Below are positions 55,738-64,000 of a stretch of 64,000 nt of DNA, one piece after another. The first letter of the stretch is position 1. Every line of letters starts with the position of its first letter. Origin of the DNA: Eledone cirrhosa (lineage: Eukaryota); assembly GCA_964016885.1 (NCBI GenBank), contig OZ024745.1:25482001-25546000 (forward strand). The letters are read 5' to 3'. Under the pieces are notes generated by a model. The model saw only the letters and a list, made by a program, of their open reading frames with translations, did no database searches and had not been told where the DNA came from. Both the position numbers and the translations under genes were made by a program.

Positions 55738-55932
55738 AATAAACCTTTCAAGGATTTACACCAGCCCAGCCTCCTGTTATTTTTATTTATAATTAACTCC
55801 GTATTCGCACCACCAACTACACAAACGAAGACGGGTGAACTGCACTACGTGGAGTACTCTCCACAATAATACACCAAGATTGACCATACGGAATGACCAA
55901 TTCTATCCAGTGGCGAACCAACAAACCTAAAG

Positions 55933-55979
<47 letters not shown>

Positions 55980-56090
55980 ATCAATTCGAGTATATGTTAG
56001 TTAATCACCGACACTTCAGTATGCAGGGTAGAGCACTTGGCGAAGTGCGCAGGTGGGTCTGTTTACTCCGGAGTATATTTATTCATAGTC

Positions 56091-56149
56091 GTTGTAATAT
56101 ATATTTCGGTGATAACCGTTATGTAACAGCCATGACCTCATCAGACAGC
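56091..56149 (-). ncRNA. minimal type-I hammerhead ribozyme (family H5)
   Basis: GCTGT-CTGATGA-GGTCATGGCTGTTA CA TAACGGTTATCACC-GAAA-TATATA-TT-ACAAC. Confidence 0.7.
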
Positions 56150-56504
56150 TAGAATTTGAACAGACCCCCCCCCCCGAAAAACCATAAATGTTTATACATA
56201 AATTATAAATAGCACTTTAAAAAAAAATCTTTAGTATGGATTTTCCTTCAACATCTCTGTTTCACCTTGATACTCATTGCAAAGTACCAGCGCACCATGA
56301 TACACTGTTTGAAAACCACTGTGGTTGGGTGTGAATTAATGACGATTTCCTTGATATTTCTAGTAAGTCAAGTGACCAGACAAATGGTCAAACATTGGCT
56401 AGAGCAGTGATTCTCAAATTGAAGGTGCTTGGTAACCAGAGAAGGAATTTCAAACTCCCAAGGTAGGAATTGAGCGATAACAAATTAACAGTTCACAATA
56501 TAAT

Positions 56505-56915
56505 TGTTTCTACTTTAGGCACAAGGCCAGCAATTACCCAGTACATTACTGGTACTTTATTTTATCGACGCCGTAAGGATGAAAGGCAAAGTTAACCTCG
56601 GCGGGATTTGAACTCAGACTGTAAAGGGACGTAACTATGCTAGAAGCATGGCGTCCAACTCTCTACCGATACTGTCAATTCACCGCCCTTCAGTTCACAA
56701 TATAATGGTTACTGATTTACGCAACAGTTTTGGGGAGAGGGGAAGTCAATTAAATCGACCCCAGTGTGTTACTGGTACTTTATTTTATCGACCTCGTAAG
56801 GAGGAAAGGCAAAGCTAACCTCTTTGGAATTGAACTCAGAATATAAAGGGTCGTAACTCTTTCCCGTAAAGAATTTTGTTCGTCGTTCTACTGATACTGC
56901 CAATGCATCGCCCTT
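56505..56915 (-). mobile_element. two adjacent family-A SINEs; first has a 16-bp TSD
   Basis: CAGTTCACAATATAAT at 56489-56504 and 56691-56706. Confidence 0.85.
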
Positions 56916-57422
56916 TTACAATAAATATATGATAAATAAATAAAAGCTACTGCATCAGACATAATTCCTGAGGTTTGAACAGTTTATTCGTGTTAATATG
57001 GGACTCGGGTAGAAGTTGACAATTCAAAATTGGAAAGGAATTCAGGAAAGCTGTAAGAAGAGGAATGTGACCTGGGTGTCTGAGAACTACCACTGAGCTA
57101 GACATCTAACTGTTGTCGTGTAACCACCTGTCATAGCAGATGTCGGTAGCAAGTGACTACAAATCCTTCGTCACCAACATTTCTATTTACATTTACCACC
57201 TGCCTTCTATCGTTTCTGGCATGAGAACTGACTCGGTTCATCAGGGAATGTGGCCTAATATCGGGGATTAATGATATTGAGAATAATCGCAAGAATTTGA
57301 TGAGATTAGTGTCTGGTAGTAGAGGTAGTGGTGGTAGTTAGATTTGGAAAACACACACATATATTTATATGTACACATATATGTACACACGTACACACAC
57401 ACATATATATACACGTATACAC

Positions 57423-57513
<91 letters not shown>

Positions 57514-57691
57514 CAGGATATCCGTTGATAAAAGGTCAAGGAAAACAATGCTCAATCTATAGCTAGAGAGCTTATTGAGCATAATTAAAATTTCATACAC
57601 TTAACCTGTATGCGCGACCTTAGGTTCTGGGGTCCAGTTATGGCCACCACTGTACAGTGGAGGAGCCGTTTCGTAATTCTGTCCTGGTGAG

Positions 57692-57727
<36 letters not shown>

Positions 57728-58208
57728 CAAATGTGATATACAAATTAAAATGAAGAATTAGAAATAGAAGCCACGACTATCCATCATCAGTGGTTTACTA
57801 GCCATCATAGGTATTTCTTCGCATTAAAGATCAGATACCTCAGGCTAGCGCGAACAATAACTAAAATAAGTTATTGGGATAAAAAGAATTGAGTGGAGAA
57901 AGAAAGACAGGTAAACAAACATGAATGGTGAGGCAACGTAAAGAGAGGAAAACATGAGAAAATCAAGTCAATGATTCATTTGAACATAACTTGGGAATAT
58001 TGACGAGAAGACGAAAGACACATCTTAACCGTGCGAGACACTTTCTTTCAAATATAGCATGTTACAAACTCCTGACAAAATTCTGGCCGGATATGGCCGG
58101 TTTAAATGTTGAAGGGTTAAGTATAAAACGTAAAAACAAAACAAACAGCAGCAAATGGGCAAAAGAAGAAACACTCCTCTATATACCAAGTCTCCCATTA
58201 ATAAAACT

Positions 58209-58323
58209 AAATTATAGTTCCAAACTGAACTCAAGTAAATTATAGTTCCAAACTGAACTCAAGTAAATTATAGTTCCAAACTGAACTCAAGTAAATTATA
58301 GTTCCAAACTGAACTCAAGTAAA
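58209..58323. repeat. 28-bp minisatellite, 4 copies (AAATTATAGTTCCAAACTGAACTCAAGT)
   Basis: Perfect tandem copies. Confidence 0.95.
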
Positions 58324-58861
58324 CGTATTTAAGACTATTCAACAGAATACGTAATATAATCGGCTTGTCTCCCCCACAGCCTCAGCCAACAGAATGGTTT
58401 GTTTGTTTGTTTGTTCACGAACTCCTCCTATGGTTTTGGAGATAGACCCCCATAACCATATATATTCTGAAACTACATTGCCCAGGGTACTTGGATAAGT
58501 ATATTTCATTTTAATCAAAGGGTTATCCGGGTGCACAAATCCCCGCTGAAAATTTTTTCCCTTTGATTTATATGAAATTTAAACCATAGGTAAATGACAA
58601 GATATGATGCCTATTCACAAAGGGTTTTAATTGATATTTTGAAAAAAATTATTTACAAGAAACAAAATAAGAATAAGATTTAATAATGTAATTTTGATTT
58701 AATATATTACAAAATATAATGTTTTCCAATTTTTCATGCATTACATTTTACATTGAGTAATATTGAAATACAGAGTTTTTCTCCATAAATTATATCACTG
58801 ATTTAGAATAAATCATCATTTTCTTACAAAAAAATGTGTGAAACGCAGCAAGGCGCGGCTA

Positions 58862-58934
<73 letters not shown>

Positions 58935-59137
58935 CATGTATACGTACATACATATATGTATACAGACGTACAGTAGTATGTATATATATATACATACATG
59001 CACAAATATATATATGTACGTATGGATTTACCGAACATTTATTATAATGCTCGGTGTGTTTGTAAACAAACATCCCGAATTAAGCCGTACAGTGTTTAGC
59101 AACCATCGTTGCCCTTTTGTTCAACACTGACAAAGGA

Positions 59138-59180
59138 ACGATGTACTAGTTTCAAGCTTATTAGCTATCGTCAGCACCGT
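59138..59180 (-). ncRNA. minimal type-I hammerhead ribozyme (family H4)
   Basis: ACGGTG-CTGACGA-TAGCT AATA AGCTT-GAAA-CTAG-TA-CATCGT. Confidence 0.85.
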
Positions 59181-59622
59181 ATACCTTCCTGCCAGATGAT
59201 TGAACATCTGAAAGTATATACTTTCCTTATGCATATTAACGGCTGAGCAGCCTAATTTGCATATCGAGTGAGTTAATCGGCTGGGCGCACTGAAAACGAT
59301 AAACGGAAAAAATGAAACGAATTTCATTTCTGACTGTTAGTACGGCTGTTACTTAAATATAAGCATGTATACGTACATACATATATGTATACAGACATAC
59401 AGTAGTATGTATATATATACATACATGCACACATATATATATGTACGTATGGATTTACCGAACATTTATTATAATGCTCGGTGTGTTTGTAAATAAACAT
59501 CCCGAATTAAGCCGTAGTGTCTAGCAACCATCGTTGCCCTTTTGTTCAACACTGACAAAAGAACGATGAACGATGTACGAAGTATATACTTTCAGACGTT
59601 CAATCATCTGGCAGGAAGGTAT

Positions 59623-59665
59623 ACGGTGCTGACGATAGCTAATAAGCTTGAAACTAGTACATCGT
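59623..59665 (+). ncRNA. minimal type-I hammerhead ribozyme (family H4)
   Basis: Identical motif on the + strand. Confidence 0.85.
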
Positions 59666-59927
59666 TCCTTTGTCAGTGTTGAACAAAAGGGCAACGATGG
59701 TTGCTAAACACTGTACGGCTTAATTCGGGATGTTTGTTTACAAACACACCGAGCATTATAATAAATGTTCGGTAAATCCATACGTACATATATATATTTG
59801 TGCATGTATGTATATATATATACATACTACTGTACGTCTGTATACATATATGTATGTACGTATACATGCTTATATTTAAGTAACAGCTGTACTAAGAGTG
59901 AGAAATGAAATTCGTTTCATTTTTTCC

Positions 59928-60019
<92 letters not shown>

Positions 60020-60936
60020 TAGCCGAATTACCCAGCCTATATTAACACCATTTTATAATGAATTGAAAATGTATCCGCCCTGGGTTATCCGTTGAGTAAA
60101 TAATTATTGGTAAGTCGTTGGTGAAGATATGTCATATTTCAAACATATAATGAAAGGAAGACTTTGATACCCCCCCCCCCACACACACACATTAAAGTTG
60201 ACCCCAGGAGTATTGGTACTAGGAGCGCAGAGCCAGGACAAATACCACAAAACATTGTATCTGACGCTCAAACGACTGCCAATTTGCCGCATTTTTCATC
60301 TGATTCAGTTATTAAAATTCTTTATTAATCCAAACAAACCCGGCGAATGACGGATCATCTATTGAATTTGAATCTCCTACCAATCCTATTTATTTCATGT
60401 TTATTTATTATTTAAAAGTAATAAAAACCTTGACAATTTTCTAATTCTATTCTGACAAGTCTTTGGAGAAATGCCATATATAATTCATTTAAATATTCCT
60501 TCTCAGTGTCATGCTCAAGCAAGCATGACAAGATGTTATATAATGTTTATAATATAAAGTAAAACCTTGCAAATTTATAAACTCATATGCTGTGTGTGCG
60601 GTGACAAGAAAACCTACGTTTCGAGCAAAACACATCGTCAAAAGAGAGACTTACGTAGTGATTTTTGTCAGCTAAGATACTACTATTTCTTCAACTAGTC
60701 ATTATATTCAATATAAAATGGGTATTGAAAATATCCAGATTTTTTAAGCGGGGATTATTGTGTAAATTTATTAAAAAACTTTCTTAGTTACATTGTTGTG
60801 GTTTTCATTATTATTATATTAGTTTGTGTTCGACTAGCAAATTACAATTTACTCATTAGTCAATTGTTTTTACATAGCAGAACTAAATAAGATCAACGAT
60901 CAACTTCCATAGCAAAGGTATACATTTAATGCAGAA

Positions 60937-61150
60937 GGGCTGTGGATTGGCGGTATCGGTAGAGCGTTGGATAACATGCATTATGGCAGGGAGTTACGTC
61001 CCTTTACCTTCTGAGTTCAAATCCCGCCGAGATTAGCTTTGCCTTTCATCCATACGGGGTCGATAAAATAAAGCATCACTAATGCACTAAGGTCAATTTA
61101 ATCGGCTTCTCCTCCCCAGATTGCTGGCCCCGTGTCTAAGTCAGAAACAA
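60937..61150 (+). mobile_element. SINE family A
   Basis: Shared head, core and tail. Confidence 0.8.
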
Positions 61151-61485
61151 ACCTATATAATGCAGAAAAACAACGGGAGACAACTCATCTGTGAAGTATA
61201 AATTTCCCCAGACGACAGTATCTTGTAGTATCTATTCATGGAGAAATTAGCCCAATTGGCCGTGATTTAAGGGAAAACGTAGTAGTAGTAGTAGTAGTAG
61301 TAGACATGGTGGGGAAATGGAAGAATAGGTAGAACTCCGAGTTCAAATCTCATCGAAGTCAACTTTCTCCTTAATTCCCACCCCCGGGGGCTGGAGTTAA
61401 TAGGCGCTGACATTCATGTAAAATGTGTGATGGACTTGTGACACAATTTGAAATCACTGTTATTAGCAAATGCAGTAGCAGTAAT

Positions 61486-61903
61486 GGTTTCTGATTTAGG
61501 CACGAGGCCAGCAATTTTGAAGGATCGGAAAGTCGATTAAATCAACCCCAGGGTATTACTGGAGCTTTATTTTATCGACCCCGTAAGGATGAAAGGCAAA
61601 GCTAGCCTCGGCAGGATTTGAACTCGGAAGGTAAAGGGCCGTAATTCTATGCCACAAAGCATGTTGTCCGACGCTCTACCGATACTGCCAATCCACCAAA
61701 TTAATGCAGTAGTAATAATTGTTTCTATTTTTAGGCAGAAGGCCAGCAATTACCCAGTACATTACTGGTACTTTATTTTATCGACCCCGTAAGGATGAAA
61801 GGCAAAGCTAGCCTCGGCAGGATTTGAACTCAGAAGATAAAGGGCCGCAACTCTACGCCACAAAGCATGTTGTCCGACGCTCTACCGATACTGCCAATCC
61901 ACC
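61486..61903 (-). mobile_element. two tandem family-A SINEs
   Basis: Shared core; AATGCAGTAG..TAAT repeated at 61469, 61703 and 61904. Confidence 0.85.
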
Positions 61904-62330
61904 AATGCAGTAGTAGTAATAATAGAAAGACGGAGGAGAAAGACGTGAGAAGGCGATGAGAGGCAGAGAAGGAGGTGCAATAGTTGTGCAACAAGTATGA
62001 GTTGTGAAAATAGCTGTGTGCAATGGCTGGTTGCATTTAACTGTAAGAGTTTATGATATTTATTTACCTTGCCTGTTGCAATCAACTTCAGAAACAGGTA
62101 GACATAATGGCATTTAAATGTATTTTCGAGTATAGGTTAAGGCATGTTTGTGTGAGGTTGTGTGTGTGTGTGTCTGTGGATTTGTGTACATGTGTGTGTG
62201 TGTGTCTACGTGTGTGTGTCTGTGTGCGTACTGTTAGATATGTGCATTAATGAGCAGATATCCTTGGGTGTAATATTTATGTGCAAGAGTTAACCATTCT
62301 CCCCGTCTACCTGTCTACATTTCTCTTAGA

Positions 62331-62868
<538 letters not shown>

Positions 62869-63412
62869 AGACAGAAACTAGACTCTTTCATTGGAATTTA
62901 GACATCAACTAGGTAATTATGTATATATATATATCTGCATGTGTATGTATGTATGTGTGTGTGTGTGGGGGGGGGGGGGGGTATGTACGTATGCATGTAT
63001 GTGTATATGTGTGTCTATATACCTATGTACATACGTACGTACGTATGTCTGTCTGTATAATTTTGGAGTGTCTATTTCTCAGCATAGTCAACCCGACGGC
63101 ACTATTGGTTACAGGAGGATTCTATCTATTTACAGCCCTCAATGAGAAATTCAGCTCTGGAAGCAGAAAAGTTTGGCGGGTATGTTATTAAATTAACTTT
63201 CCAGTACCGGGGTATTATTTCATTTTATTGAACCCACAAGGATAAGAGGCCACCTTGATGGAATGTCGAGCTCATAATGCAAAGAGACGAAACTAAGTAT
63301 TGCAAAGCATATTGTCCGATGCATGTTTCATATAAGCTATTTTTTTATGCAGACATATCTATATTCTTTTAGATATGAGTTTAAGTATATATCCCCGGGC
63401 GCATGCGTCCAC

Positions 63413-63499
<87 letters not shown>

Positions 63500-63539
63500 T
63501 AATTTCATTTCCCACTCTTAGTACGGCTGTTACTTAAAT

Positions 63540-63653
<114 letters not shown>

Positions 63654-63654
63654 C

Positions 63655-63697
<43 letters not shown>

Positions 63698-63772
63698 CAT
63701 ATATATGTATTTGTGTGTGTGTGTGTGTGTGTTCGTGTGTGTGCGTGTGTGTTTGTATGTGCGTGTGCGCGC

Positions 63773-63806
<34 letters not shown>

Positions 63807-64000
63807 GTGTGTTTATGCGTGTGCATCAGTCTGCAGTAGTTGCAACCGAAGTTATTTTTGAAGAAATAGTTGAAATATTTGTAAATTCTTGGTGTAAATA
63901 TAGCGATGTTAGATAAGAAGGTTTTAACGTCTTCTTGCCATGTGTCTCTATCTTTACATCTGCATATATCTATCTGTCTATCTGTCTGTCTCTCTGTCTG

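Larger units (their letters stand above)
55288..55935. mobile_element. HHR-bearing element with about 232-bp inverted arms (55290-55521 and 55551-55782)
   Basis: Near-perfect inverted repeat (the ORF track gives almost the same peptide on both strands); flanked by (TA)n. Confidence 0.85.
58931..59929. mobile_element. 429-bp-monomer HHR element: about 1.5 monomers on - (58931-59578) plus an inverted partial copy on + (59581-59929)
   Basis: Period 58931/59360; inverted junction near 59580; (TA)n on both sides; further fragments at 10616 and 63502. Confidence 0.85.

Noticed and set aside
55322-55751. Twin 66-aa ORFs on opposite strands
   Set aside because: Consequence of the inverted repeat; TTG start and no recognisable domain
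58025-58120. TTAACC...GGGTTAA as a piggyBac-like MITE
   Set aside because: Inverted match is too short to support from this window alone

Overview
AT-rich, microsatellite-saturated animal DNA. The SINE and microsatellite complement suggests an octopus-like cephalopod (inference). No host gene could be supported. Main contents: (1) an apparently intact Tx1-clade LINE (about 24727-30458) and a diverged 5'-truncated relative (about 500-2004), both inserted in (TATC)n in the same orientation; (2) at least ten minimal type-I hammerhead ribozyme (HHR) motifs in several unrelated non-coding elements within (TA)n tracts. Two of these elements are built from 466-bp and 429-bp monomers whose copies start at the predicted cleavage site, which suggests Penelope- or retrozyme-like elements; (3) non-autonomous bipartite RTE derivatives with a structured 5' RNA; (4) decayed CRE-like, CR1/L2-like and mariner fragments and about 20 tRNA-type SINEs; (5) an 11.5-kb ACC-derived higher-order repeat. 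All motif and structure calls were made by eye, so boundaries are approximate.
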